A stretch of DNA of 64,000 bases from contig NC_042999.1 of NCBI RefSeq assembly GCF_006345805.1, forward strand, positions 173,972,001 through 174,036,000. Reading direction: 5' to 3'. The translations under genes were made by a program, and so were the position numbers. This document shows positions 13,102-27,601 of this stretch, in pieces. The stretch is from Octopus sinensis (Eukaryota). The notes under the pieces were generated by a model. It was given only the letters and a program-made list of their open reading frames with translations, was not told the DNA's origin and did not search any database. The number at the start of each line of letters is the position of its first letter. Position 1 is the stretch's first letter.

Positions 13102-13298
13102 ACGGACACACAGAGACACACACACACACACACCTCCACAAAATGATCATAGAAAGTGTGATCTCAATGACATTTGTCAGGCCAGCCTACGGACAACACA
13201 CACTCAGTGACATCGAAATGGACAGAGCCAAGTTCTTATAAAACCACAGGAGGTCCAGTAGACCAACGGAAATAACACTTCTTCCCTCTCAGATATAA

Positions 13299-13348
<50 letters not shown>

Positions 13349-13655
13349 ACACACACACACACATACACATACACACATGTTTTCTCTGTCTCACTTCCTC
13401 CTCACCCTCTTGTACTATATCTTATTCCTCCGCACTACTACGAAACTATAAAATGTTCAAACTCCCCACAATTGATTTGATTTGAAAACCCCACTAGATT
13501 GGGAGAAAGCGCTAATCCGAATGATATGATCTGAATGATATGATATATATGTAAAAAATGTAATATATAAATAAATCTCTACAAATATGAACCATCTTAT
13601 CTGATTACCTCATTTTTTCTAATATATAATACCTGTACATCATCTCCAAACCTTC

Positions 13656-13697
<42 letters not shown>

Positions 13698-13936
13698 GTG
13701 TGTGTGTATGAATTTATATTTCTGGTTTAATTGATTTATGTCTTAGTCACAAGACTTTAAATTTGCAGTATTAGATAGGTCGAGAAAACTTTTCTCTGCC
13801 CTTTGTTTATCGACTTCATTGGGACTAGAAATCCGAAAGGAAGCTACGAATCTAGATACCCAAAAGCTCTTTAAGGATTCTATCACATTTTTAACACTGA
13901 TAGAATTAAGAAATGACTATTAAGGAATGACACAAA

Positions 13937-14152
13937 GACGGTGAACAGGGTGAATCGCCAATACTCTAGGAAAATGCTCAACGCATTTCGTCCAACTTTA
14001 CGTTCTGAGTTCAAATTCGACCAAAGTCGGCTTTACCTTTCATCTTTTAGGGTTCGATAAAATAAATACCAGTTGAGCACTGGAGTCGATGTAATCAATT
14101 TAAGCGCTCCCACAAAATTGCTAGCCTTGTGCTGAAATTTGAAGCTACTATT
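13937..14152 (+). mobile_element. tRNA-derived SINE, second family
   Basis: aaaatgct, tacgttctgagttcaaattc, gataaaataaataccag, gtcgatgtaatc and aaatttgaa are shared with copies at 24.4, 38.3, 38.8 and 47.0 kb. Confidence 0.75.
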
Positions 14153-14873
14153 AAAGAATGGTATAATCCATTGTCTAATGGTGGATTTGAAGAGCCGTAG
14201 CTAATGTAAAATAATTTACTTGTCGTTCACCTGATTCTGCAAGATTCTGGTTAAACATTAACATATTCAATTTCTTGACTCATATTTAATACTGCAGTAA
14301 AATATAAATATCGGGGTGATAATAACCAAATCTAAATATCTTTAGCAAATGAAGTTGCGATGACAAATTCGTTATTAGTTTATCATCCTAATTGATTTTT
14401 AAATCAAATATTACTAGTTTGTTCCAATCCTAATTTACTTTATAGCGGCAGTATTACTACTAGTACTACTAGTACTACTACGCAGTGACATTAAATGTGC
14501 TTTGAACAAATTAATAGCACAAACATTATTCTTACACTATCAGAAAATCAAGCTCAGTGATGTTCCATATAAGCACACGCACACAATTGCACACACGTGT
14601 ATTTGTGTATGTGTGTGTGTATTCGTATTTGTGTACTTGTGTTATAAATGTGTGTATGTGTGTGTATGTGTGTGTGTGTGTGCGTGTAACCTCTCTTTCG
14701 TGCTTCTTCCTGAAAATTCTTTTTTGTTGGCTCTTCTGTAAATTTTACGAATTCATATTTGATTCCGTCTTATTTATACTTTGCCCAGGGCAGACTTTTT
14801 CACATTTTATTATTGTTAACCTATGCTATTGCTTCTCTCACAACTCTAAATTCTTCAATTCATCAACTATTTC

Positions 14874-14916
<43 letters not shown>

Positions 14917-15516
14917 TCTCTCCTTCTCTCTCCCGCTTTCCGCTTTCGTTTTTCCCTTCGATCTTGCGTTCTGCAGCAGCTTTTCCCATAAGGCCGCTCA
15001 CGTCTCTGTTCACGTCCTGTTTCTCTCTATCCTTCTGCCTTTCATTCCTAGACTAGTGAATCGTTCAGTTGCGTTTCCCTTTTTTCTTTTTTTTTTTCAA
15101 CTTTCTGCTCTCTTATACTGCCGGTCAAAAGACTTAACAGCATTTATGTTTGTCTTCACGTTAATTCTTGCATGCTCTGGTCTCGTTTGAGTCATAAGAC
15201 TGCATTTCCTATTTGTACAACCCTGGTCAAAAGTCTATTTATTGGTCTTGGTGTGCTCCGTTCTTGTATTGTTTATTTTTATCGTCTTGTCTTGTAATAT
15301 TCATACTTACCCCATCGTAAGGCATTGATGTATTCACTGTTTCTCTCAGACTTCTTTTTTCACTTATTTATTACTCTGTTCGGTAAATTTACGAGTTCAT
15401 TTTTAGTTTTTGTCATTTTTATTATTTGCTCAGAGCAGATTTCTAATATGCACACACACACACATCTTTGAATATGTTTATATATAAAGATACTTTTATA
15501 GATAAAACTCTGCGTG

Positions 15517-15554
<38 letters not shown>

Positions 15555-15562
15555 TGTGTGTG

Positions 15563-15605
<43 letters not shown>

Positions 15606-16709
15606 CCATTACCAAGTGAAATATTAAAACGACGAAAGCAGACCGTAACTCGTAAAATTCACAGAAGAGTATCTAAGAAAAAAAAAGAGCCGTTTAGGAT
15701 GAAGGAAGGAACTGTGAAAATATAATGTAATACGATAAGATTTTACCGGAAAAGAGGAAAAGACAATCATAAAAAATGCGCAATTCCAAATACTACGGTA
15801 AAATAAGATATGAACAAAGTAAAGCTATTCATTAGCTGTCAAGTAAACATTTTCTGTGGTGTCAAAACACTTTCTAACAGGAGCACGGTTTTTGATAGCT
15901 GTAGCTTGGAGCTTTCAAAGATAAATATAAACAACATGGTGACGATATATATTTTTTGATTCTGTCCTTTTATAATTTTACTTATTTCAGTCATTGCGGC
16001 CAGGCAGTAACAAACATTTGTATGGCTTCGTCGATCAAATCCTCACATAGTACTCGTGTTCAATGAGTAACAATGCTAAGAAAATGACGGTAGAAAGTAG
16101 AATCAGTATATATACGATAGGATTCCGACGAGTTTCCGCCTACCACTTTTACTGACAGGGTTTTAGTCGGTCCCGCTTTCTAGTAATAAACGCTTGCTTT
16201 TATATACATAATGTTCTAGATTAGTGGGGAAAAAAAACCAACTTTGTCAAACTGATGAGAACTCTGCAGTTACACCATCCGGACTCAAATTTTAGACTTC
16301 TGCCAAAAATTATAAGCCAATTGACTCAAACATTTTAGGGTTACGTTGCTTACTGGACCAATCTTAAGAACCAATCCTTTGAACAGCCCTAATCAGAATA
16401 TTATAGCTAGAAGCTATCAGAGGCACTTCTAAATATCTAAAGTATTCAACGATTTCAGCATGTAATAAGGCACATATATGCAATGACATCCATGCCTGCA
16501 CCCCTGTGCATGTGCACATACATTTTTATATAGATACACGTGTGCATGCATAAATATATAGATGTATACATACATGTATACATTCATGTAAATCGATCTC
16601 TTTATGTTGTCTAAGTTCCAATCAAAGAAACTCGCTCTTTGGTTACAAACCAGTTCCTTCTCCATTAGTGAGAACTTCTAAAATTAAAACCAAGGGAGTA
16701 TATGTTATT

Positions 16710-16866
16710 TCGTACATACATACATACATACATAAATACATACATACACACGCATACATACATACATACATACATACATACACACGCATACATTCATACA
16801 TACATACATACATACATACATACATACATACATACATACATACATACATACATACATACATACATA
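16710..16866. repeat. (TACA)n microsatellite
   Basis: Direct reading. Confidence 0.95.
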
Positions 16867-16879
16867 AGACCACAAGAAA

Positions 16880-17010
16880 ACATAGCACCAAGTTGATACA
16901 TTGCCTTTTCGTAGATGATCTGAACCTATATACCAAGAATATGGGTGATTTGAAAGAAACTCTTGATCTAGTTACAGTATTCTTAAAATATGTAGAGATA
17001 GAATTTGCCC
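16880..17010 (+). pseudogene. R4/Dong-type RT fragment
   Basis: KLIHCLFVDDLNLYTKNMGDLKETLDLVTVFLKYVEIEFA, the same RT motif region as 500-843. Confidence 0.7.
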
Positions 17011-17049
17011 AGGGTATATCTTCTTACACAGATGTAAAATGGAGTTGAT

Positions 17050-17700
17050 TTGCAATCCCTTTTCGTAATATTAATATCAATGGCCTGACTATTTCTCCGA
17101 TGTTGAAAATGGAATCTCTCGGTATAGCTAAAAATCATTCTTTCTCCAGATAAATTTTCTGTTTCCCATTTGCGCATCACCAATTAGATTATTGATAACC
17201 TTTGCATTGGCCAAATGTTGAAATCTGCGTTTAACAGAGATGCAGCAAGCCTAAAGTTATCAATCAGACCTTCCTTTTGGAGGTTTTTCTCACTGCTCTT
17301 CGACTCACAGATCTGCTACTAGTTGCGTAGAAACCTGCCAAGACGTTTGCTAACAACTCTGACATGTAAAAGTAAAGCTCGTAAAGCAAAATCCTAAACC
17401 AATCGATTTATCCTTCATATAGACAGCAGCCGTTGCTTCCTATATTTCCGCAACTGTATTTGTCTTTTCGTAACAACCCCTCTCATGCCGAGTGTCGTGG
17501 TAAGCACTGAAATCCATTCTACGTTCCAGTCCGCCACTCCTCCTGGACACTCAAACAAATTGCTGCTTAAAACTGCATACATCTGCACTGGGTTGAGTAA
17601 CATGTTGTCTGCCATGTCTTCGTAGCAATACCAATTTGATGACAACGGATGATTGCGTCTAGTAATAGGAACGTAGCGTGTGGGGTTTAAACGGTGGCTC
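17050..17700 (-). mobile_element. Decayed Tx1/L1-type LINE RT region
   Basis: Minus-strand remnants MRGVVT, KEGLIDNFRLAASLLNADF and KVINNLIGDAQ resemble the Tx1 'NFRPI.LLN.D.KI...VI..L.G..Q' block. Confidence 0.55.
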
Positions 17701-20700
17701 TACTGTGGAATTGCTTTTTCTCTGAAAGAGAATAGTATTTCTCATAGACCAGCCTTTTGAGTAAGCATCCCTAAAAATACCTTTTGGTTCGAACACATGA
17801 TTAGCACCAATGCCACAGTTATGTATCGTTGCCAGCTCTCTGGAACTATTTGGATTCGAAACATCAACATCTTGGCTGATAATAGATTCATGGGTCTTTT
17901 GTGGCACACCAAAAAAAGAGTGATAAATTTACTTAACAATGGATGAACGCGCACTATATACAGAGAGAAAGAGATTGCTTTTGGTTATGATTAGCAAATA
18001 TAGTTGGATACGTATCAAGATCGATTGAAATAGTAATAGCAATAAATTATATGCAATCTACAGATCGCTTCTTGTTTGATACATTTCTTAATAGAAAGAA
18101 TAAAGATTTATTTATCTCAATTTATTTCTTCCGTATTGCATACAACCAGCTTAACTTTGTTCATATCAGAACAAACGTCTCCATTTATTGCCTATTATAT
18201 ATACACAATGCAACGTTATCCTAATACAAAGACGATAAAAACTGGCCCCTTTTCATATCTGTTTAGACAGTTAGATAGATTGATATACATATATAGGGCT
18301 ATTATTATATTTTGGTTTGCTTGCTTGTTTATTTTTGAACGTTATAAAACAAGATTGTTTATAAACGACATGTATATATGTATGTTTGTATATGTATATT
18401 TATATATATGTGTGTGTGTGTGCATGCGTGCGTGTGTACATATGCGTGTTTGAATGTATACGTGTATATATGTACGTACATATGTATGTATAGTTCAGCA
18501 TTTCTAGATAAAGTAGAATTATATTTAAAATAAACATTACAAGTTGTTTCAATCGACGCAGACAAGAAAACAAAATAAAAAGATGTCAGAAAAAAGTAGA
18601 AATTAAATATATTGAAAGATTCTCCAGGGGATATCAGATGGAATAAACAATATAAATGAAAAATAAATCAAAAACATTTGTAGATTGCGTAGATTCGTTA
18701 GCATTGAATTATAAAATATTGTTTTTATGTTTGAATGATACATAATTAAGCTTACCAACAGACAATCTACATTATATTGTAGGTTCTTTGCTAGGTCCCC
18801 TGTAGTGGCTTAATCCTGAAAGCGCATTAGTTTTAAGTAATACGAATAAGAGAAACACAGTTTAATCGAAAAGGAAACAAATAAAAGCATACATTAAGAA
18901 AATATAGAATATCTTCGTATATAAATTCGTCATTGTAATCTTATTTTTATGTCCAAAAAAATCGAACATAGCTTTTCTCTCAAACTGTGAACACAGCAAG
19001 AAGTAGTTGGTCTTTTTCGAGTGTCTTTGTTCTTTGTTTTGATCGCTACCATTGCAGAATTTTTCTGAATCTGGATTTCTTTCTGCCTTATGTCAAAAAT
19101 AATCAGCATATTAAGTAATATAACTTCTAGACATGTGAATTGTTCTTCTGGAATGTATATTGAATTTGAATGACAACCCCAGTTCTACAAACAGATAACG
19201 TTGTCACGATATCACTTCTTTCTTTGGCTGAGGAGTTATGTTCTTCAATATCACAGTCAAAACTTCAAGTATTGAACTGGGGTTTATAAAACAGAATCTA
19301 TGGAGAATGGAACCGATAACAAACTCACGCGATAATGTTTATAGCTTTCTTCTTGAAGTATCAAAATATGAAAATATGCCATGTTGCCGCTTGTTTTTGA
19401 TATTTTCGAATATTTAGTCGTTGGAGAGAGACAGTGCTCATAATACTGATTGTCATTCCTTGAGACTTTGTCTAAACTATGATTAATGCCTGTAGCGGAA
19501 GCGGTGTCATAGAGAGAATTCCAAAGAGTTGTAATTTCAAGCAGAAACGGTTGGATAAACTGTTGTATGTAGTTCGTGAGTTCAGACACAATATTGGTGA
19601 CAAAAAACGTATCTGCAGATGGGTTTGTCTGGCAGTTGTGTATAGCTTGTTAGCTCAAAGTAGCAGGTATTATAATAGAACAGATGAAACACTCAGAAAA
19701 ATATATAAGGTTTTGGGCTAGTGTACGTAATGTGCTTGCGAGTGAAAGTCTGCCTATCAGTCAGATGACCTTCTGCAATTTAAATCGAGAATATTTGTGT
19801 TTGTAAAAATGCTTGTCTGCGTCAGTATGTCAAGAATGTTGTGTGTGATTTCATTACACCCAAGATATTTCATCAGGACTCTCATGGAAATTGTACTAGT
19901 ACTTTAGTACTTCATTATTATTTTTCCTTTTCAAAAAGACTGATGAGTGCACCGAAACTGTTCAAGATCAAAAGATGGATGATAAATCTCTATCTTAATG
20001 AGTTAGTCGTCGCCGTTAGAATTTCCTCAGAAGCCTGATATATATATTATATTCCAGCTAGAGAAATTAAGGCAAAAGCTGTCCTGCAACTCAGAGCTTT
20101 TAGAGAATAACGATATAAGTATTATCCCTAGCTAAGAAGACAAAATGCGAAGTACATTGTATAGTATACAAACATTTGTTGTTTCTGTTTTGTTATTGGT
20201 ACTATGCTGTGTTTATAGCCAGAATACTTTGTTGCCAGTGATTTCAGTCCACATAACTGTGAGTATAATCTGAATGTACTACACGTCGCTGTTGTAAGTA
20301 ATTGCAGCTTTGTGAAAGTAAAGAATTTTGTCGACCAGCAGTGCCGAGTTCGACACGCTCGATGACAAAATTTTCGATAAACTACCATCCTATCTAGACG
20401 GAACTTCGTCTCCTTTCTCCTTAGTGCCTCAAAAAACCGAAGAAACTCTCTGAATATATTTATATTGTGGGTGCTAACAGTTTGAGTCTTTTAATTTGAA
20501 CGGCATCCATATAAGGAAGTCTTTAATGAAAAGTATAACTCTTCAACATGAGGACAAGACATGACTGTTTCAAACTAATAAATAACATGCCACTTATACA
20601 GCAACTTCTATCCTGAAAACTGTTACATCTATACTCAACTCCGAATGCACACATGATAATGTTCCTTCGTCTACGACATCAATAAACAATCATCTGTAAC

Positions 20701-22014
20701 ATTTATTTTCTTTCCTCTGACCCTCTAACTATCTATGTCTTTCCAAATCTTTTCTCTTTAAAATGAACAAAACTTATGCGACTTCTAAGTAAACTTCACT
20801 CATAATATACAGCTCAGCACTTGTACATACTCCCTTTCTTTATTTTACACTTGTCTTTTCATCCCCCAAAATACGGTAACAATTGACCCAAGCAAATGGC
20901 TAAACCAGTACTCTGAGTTGTGCAACACCGCTTCTTCAGATGACAATCTGATTCTCTTGCTTCTTACATCTTCAAGCAATTAAAATGTTTTCACACATAT
21001 TACACGAAAGCTTGCTTAATATTTTGAAAAGCAACTCATATGAGCGATGTTTTTCAAATACAATTGTTTCAAAATCGTATTACCATCTGTTAGCTGCTTT
21101 TCAAAATTATTTAAACGTCCTCACGTCATTGATTAATCATTTCACTCAGAATCCAAACCAATAAAAGGTCATTGTAATCATTCTTTTTTGTGAAAGTTAG
21201 TTTCTGTTTGAACATTTTTACAAACTCTTATCTGCAGAATATTGCAATATTGAATGAAACTTCATTTTTTTTTCTGAAAGATTGAAAATCAACGAGCCTG
21301 ATACTAACATGCATGATGTTCAATTTCGTAAATACAAGGCGCCAACAATTCTGCTTTCAAATCATTTTCGTTCTAAAAGAAAATCTTTAGTTTCTCTTTC
21401 AATCTAACACCACATTTTTTATATGAATGTACCCTCCATAAAGGCCTATGTTTTATTAACATCTGACCATGTAGTTTTGAATCCTTATGTAATTGCCTCA
21501 CGTAAGAACCAAATAAATTTTAACGAAGTTGTAGTACATATTTTATCAGCGCCGGCTAATGAATGTTTATGCTTAGACATCAAATTTTAAATTCCAACTC
21601 AGTTGATTTAATATATATATTGGTTCATTAATGTTATTGGTTTTGACTTTAGTGCTATATATTACCAACACTTGTAACCTTAAAACAGTACCTATTTAAT
21701 GTCTTACTATATTTATGTCCTATCGGAAAACAGAATTTATTAAATTAAGGAATCCTCTAATTATATAAGAGATATATCATTTCTATCTACTCCTATTTCT
21801 ATGCTTTTTGCTTACAAAGCAATTTTACATATCTTGTCGGAGAATCCAGCAGTTCTCAGCGTGACATTATAATACCAGTTGCCCCATATATGCCTTTTCA
21901 TCATATGATATCAACCCCTTCAGTAACATTGTTGATTGCTTCTCAGTATGCTGACCCGTAGTTTGATTATTGATGTATGATTACAAATTTCTCCAAGTTA
22001 ATACTGAAATAATT

Positions 22015-22091
22015 CACCCTCAATCACAATTAGGGACGCAAAAATTTTTCCTAGTATACTATATCAATTATTTCAGTATATATATATATAT

Positions 22092-22169
<78 letters not shown>

Positions 22170-22230
22170 TGAAATAATTGATATAGTATACTAGGAAAAA
22201 TTTTTGCGTCCCTAATTGTGATTGAGGGTG
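22015..22230. repeat. Perfect fold-back: 62-bp unique arms around a (TA)n core
   Basis: 22015-22076 is the exact reverse complement of 22169-22230. Confidence 0.95.
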
Positions 22231-22395
22231 GCGAAACATATTATGTTGCAAGATATGAGTTAAAACGCTTAATGCATTAGAAGCGTGTGATATATATCTA
22301 CACTGACAGGAGAGATAACCGCCCCATGACCGTCTTTAGGATCACTGGACTAGACTAGCTTCACCTATCAGTCGTGGCTCGTCAGCAGTCAGCAG

Positions 22396-22428
<33 letters not shown>

Positions 22429-22429
<1 letters not shown>

Positions 22430-22802
22430 TTTTACTTCTTTCAGTCATTTTACTGCGGCCATGCTGGAGCACTACCTTTAGTTGAACAAATCAGCACCAA
22501 GAATTATTCTTTGTAAGCCTAATACTAATTCTATCGGTTCTTTTGACGAACCGCTAGATTACGAGGACGTAAACACAAGTAAGAGGGACGTGCGATGGTG
22601 GAGGACAAACAATTACATATAAATATATATATATATATAAAACGGGCTTCTTTCAGTTTCCGTCTACCAAATACACTCACATGGTTTTGGTCGCCCCGAG
22701 ACTATAGTAGAAGACACTTGCCCAAGGTGTCAAGCACTGGGACTGAACCCGGAACCATGAGGTTCAGAAGCGAGCTTCATACTACACAGCCACGCTTGCG
22801 CC
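22429..22802 (-). mobile_element. tRNA-derived SINE, near full length, with internal (TA)n
   Basis: Head at about 22730-22802 (minus GGTTCAGTCCCA B-box-like), CORE-like ttgggcaagtgtcttct, 3' tail ccagcatggccgcagtaaaatgactgaaa plus (AAAAGT)n-like end. Confidence 0.85.
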
Positions 22803-22823
22803 GATGTATATGTATGCATATAT

Positions 22824-22889
<66 letters not shown>

Positions 22890-23060
22890 TATATATACAT
22901 GCATATATACATATATAAATGCATACATACATTCATATATATATATATATATATATGTATATAACATATGTGTGTGTATATATATATATGTATATGATAT
23001 ATGTGTGTGTATATATATAGATATATATTATATATATATATAATATATATATATATATAT

Positions 23061-23230
23061 ACAGTGTTGGCCAAAGTCACCTCACAGTAAATCAAAACCA
23101 TTTAATTCCAAGATTTATTTATATTTAACACCGAATGAATTTGGTAAGGGCACCTAAATATGAAACATCATGAAAATTGTTCAAAACGAAGTCCTTCTTG
23201 AGTGACACATCATTTCATTCGAGTCAATAC
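23061..23230 (+). mobile_element. Possible Tc1-like left terminus
   Basis: TA followed by CAGTGTTGGCCAAAGT directly after (TA)n; no partner end found. Confidence 0.35.
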
Positions 23231-23286
23231 GGAATTACAGATAGTATTTATGGAATTTTTTGATATATATATATATATATATATAT

Positions 23287-23861
<575 letters not shown>

Positions 23862-23892
23862 ATATATATAATATATATATATATATATACAC

Positions 23893-24084
23893 ATAATTTA
23901 CAAGATAAGGGCAAAAGAAAAATTCTAATGCCAAATATGCCGAAAAAAAGACAAAAATTGTCAATAACCATTATAATTATATAAATTATAATTATATAAA
24001 TTATAATGGTTATTGACAATTTTTGTCTTTTTTTCGGCATATTTGGCATTAGAATTTTTCTTTTGCCCTTATCTTGTAAATTAT
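23893..24084. repeat. Perfect inverted repeat, 85-bp arms with a 22-bp AT spacer
   Basis: 23893-23977 is the exact reverse complement of 24000-24084; abuts a long (TA)n. Confidence 0.95.
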
Positions 24085-24171
24085 TTATAAATTTAACCTT
24101 TAAAGGTATTTTTTAATATGCTGGCCATGATAAATTTTTTGCCCGAAAAAAATTTTATCCTACATTAGTTT

Positions 24172-24226
<55 letters not shown>

Positions 24227-24240
24227 CATACATACATACA

Positions 24241-24275
<35 letters not shown>

Positions 24276-24406
24276 GTTATTATTTTATGAGAGTTGTTTT
24301 ATACTGAATGATTTCTAAAACATATTTGCTTCTTAATAGTAATAATAATAATAATAATAATATCACTACTACTACTACTACGACAAGTAGTAGCAGTAGT
24401 AGTAGT

Positions 24407-24442
<36 letters not shown>

Positions 24443-24443
<1 letters not shown>

Positions 24444-24651
24444 GGCAGTGATCTTGGCACAGTCGTTAACACGCCGGGGAAAACGCTTAGCCGCTTTTCA
24501 CTTGTCACTACGTTCTGAGTTCAATTTCCGCCGAGGTCGATAAAATAAGTACTAATTGAAAAGTAGGGTCGATGTAATCCACTTATCCCCTTCCCCGAAA
24601 CTGCTGCCTTTGTGGCGAAATTTGAAAACATTATTATCATTATTATTATTT
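24443..24651 (+). mobile_element. tRNA-derived SINE, second family, with (ATT)n tail
   Basis: Shared motifs with 13937-14152; follows (TAG)n. Confidence 0.8.
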
Positions 24652-26105
24652 AGTTCCCCGTGTAATCAGTAGACAAAAACATACTTAGAAGATAGTTTTT
24701 AATTTTCTATTTTAATTTTCATTTTCATATAATCGTAATAGCATTTTCTAAAACCATAGAAACAATTTAAAATAGATTTTACTCCTGCCTGTTACATTTC
24801 ATAAACATAACCTGATAATAAATACTGTAACTTTTAAATCATAAAATGCCGAAAGTGCCTTTACTGCCATTTTCATTATTGCTCAATTATCTTCAGTTTC
24901 ATCCCTCCTATAGAATTACATCTTAACTATTGTATTTCTTCCTGGAGGCTTAAAGCCAACCCATTCCACTTGTATACTTTGTCCATTTATTTCAACTGAT
25001 TATATATATATTTCGGTAAAGTAAAGATTCTAGTGTTAAAAATCAACTGGAATTAATATTAGTCATTATAATTGTGAGTGTTGTTGTTGCTGCTGTTGCT
25101 GTTTTTGCTGCTGTGCTGTTGCTATTGTTGCTGAAACTTTCCTCAGAAAGATGTGTCTTGAAGCAGCTCTCGTTTGACAAATGTATTTTGTTCTCTCTAA
25201 CTGAATACCTTGTATTTATTTTATGATTTTTACGCCAAGAAAGAAGAGTGAAGCTTAATATTTATATATATTCCCCATTAGGAGGGAAGTTATATTATTT
25301 ATTGTTGCATGGACATCAGAAATTCATTTCAGCGTTGTTATACTGGTTACGGTGGGAGATGATTCTCGTTATAGCAGTAACCAATTTTCTCCTTTGAAGG
25401 AAGGAAAGAAAATAGTAGTAAATAGCAAGTCTAAAATAAATTATAGCGGCGATTCTTAGAAAAATACATTAATATTAATGTAGACACTTTTGATAATAAC
25501 TGCAATAACAACAGCGTCGTCAGTCGTAAAAAGTAGCAATACCTTAAAAGCAATACTTTGAATGGCAAAAATAACAATAACCATAACAATAATACGATAG
25601 TGGAAGAAATTACATTCTCTTGAATATAAGTACATGCATACCTTTATAGTTGCTGAATGCATAGAAGTATAATAATACACTAGCATAGCAAAAAGTATTA
25701 CTTTCAAACGAATTAGAGAAAAAAATTAAAGAAAAAGAATAGCATAACTACTCCACCTGTTTGTTTGCATCTTATGGGCAGTAAAAACGCATTTCAGCTG
25801 TAAATATCATGAGCAGTTTTTAATATGTTTTCTGGTATCACAGATGGCCTTTGTTCTAGGTTCGTTATTATGATTTCTATCGTCTCTGCCACCGAAGTAT
25901 TTATGCAGTATTTATAGCATCTTCCTAGAAAGGATATATAGGAATTGCTTCCTGTTATCTTTTCAGTATAACCTAAGTCTCTGCTGTCACCTGTGTAATA
26001 AATAGCGAGACGTATAATTAATTCACCTGTCTGAAGTAAAACAACATTAGTTAATATAAACTCAAAACGAGACTTGTAACTCAGTATCTACGACATTCAT
26101 TTAAG

Positions 26106-26400
26106 TGGAGGCACATGGCCTAGTGGTTAGAGCAGCGGACTCGCGGTCGATGGATTGCCGGTTCGAATCTAGGACCGGGCGATGTGTGTGTTTATGAGCG
26201 AAACACCTAAGCTCTACACGGCTTCAGCAGAAGGTAAGGGCGAACTTCTGCTGACTCTTTCTCTACAACTTTCTCTCACTCTTTCCTGTTGCAGCTCACT
26301 TGCGACGGACCGGCGTCCCGTCCAGGTGAGGAACCTATGCGCCAAGGAAACCGGGAAACCGGCCCTTATGAGCCAGGCATGGCTCGAGAAGGAAGGAACA
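26106..26400 (+). mobile_element. tRNA-derived SINE, third family, with CORE-like and V-like central segments
   Basis: A-box TGGCCTAGTGG, B-box GGTTCGAATC, then gtgtttatgagcgaaacacctaagctc and gcgacggaccggcgtcccgtccagg. Confidence 0.75.
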
Positions 26401-27507
26401 TTCATTTAACGTATCTGCACCGATTGCCTGATACTGATTCTTTAAAACCCTGTAGTCCGTGTTATTGCCATTAATGGTGTGTGCGCTTGTGTGTGTATGC
26501 GCATGTGGGGGAGGTGTTTCTATGTGTGTCTATGCTTATAGGTTAGTCAGCGAGGAAGAGATGTCAGTATCTATTACATTTGCAAGTCATCCCAATTTAA
26601 TGAGATTGTAACCCATCCTGGACATCTTAAAGGTCGATTTCAGCGAGAAGTATATAGGTGGAACACAAACTGGTGTGAGAGGTCTGTTTCAAAAGTTTGT
26701 ATCAAAGCCAATGAACGCTGCTGGAGGCACGTAAGCAGTTACTAAACGAAACACGTGCCTAAATGTTTTATTGAGGTACCGGCGCTTAACGTGTTGGACA
26801 AATGAGGAAAAGAGTGAAGAGAATTTGAACTGGGAAACGTATTCTTGAATGATGCTGAGGTACCATTGTGATATACATCATTCTGACATAAATTCTGGAA
26901 ATGACTTACGTTTCACAAAAAATAACATTTTTAAATAATAAAATTCTAAGATATTACGAACTTATCTGAATGATACATAAATAGATATAAATAAATAAAT
27001 AAATAAATACGTTATAATGGAAGAAATAACAATACATTTAGTTAGAAAGGTGAACTAATAGCAAAACTTCAAACAGTATATCTTGTAAATAACATAACCG
27101 AAACAATGTAATAAATTAAGTCAGTCGGCACAGTTTGATTATATATCACAGATAACAGACTCTGAACACAACTTTAATAACTGCCAGCTATGTTGATATA
27201 ACACACATTTACTAATTCCCAATTGTTATTCATAGCTAGACTTATTTGATAATAACGAATATGACAGACTTTCCTCGGGGTAAATTCAGATATTATTTAT
27301 TCATTCATTCATTTATTCATTCATTCATTTATTTATTCATTCATTTACGTTCTTTAAATAATCATAGATCTCACATGTATGAAACAGAAACCACTCAAAA
27401 ATGATATGCCGTCAAACATACAAGTCAAGTTTTTCCCTGTGAAATCTAAATGTATAAAATATTTATATAAAATTAACAACAAGCAGGTGTATTAGTTTTT
27501 TATGTAA

Positions 27508-27601
<94 letters not shown>

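Noticed and set aside
16245-16285. Hammerhead-like CTGATGA-GAACT(ctgc)AGTT (similar case at 56306)
   Set aside because: No GAAA after stem II and no stem I or III.
19284-19721. Overlapping ORFs with an LWNSL motif as a LINE C-terminus
   Set aside because: A single short motif with no other RT landmarks; left unassigned.
19934-19965. CTGATGA-GTGCAC-CGAAAC hammerhead core match
   Set aside because: Stem I cannot form with a cleavage nucleotide in place and stem II is marginal; compatible with chance.
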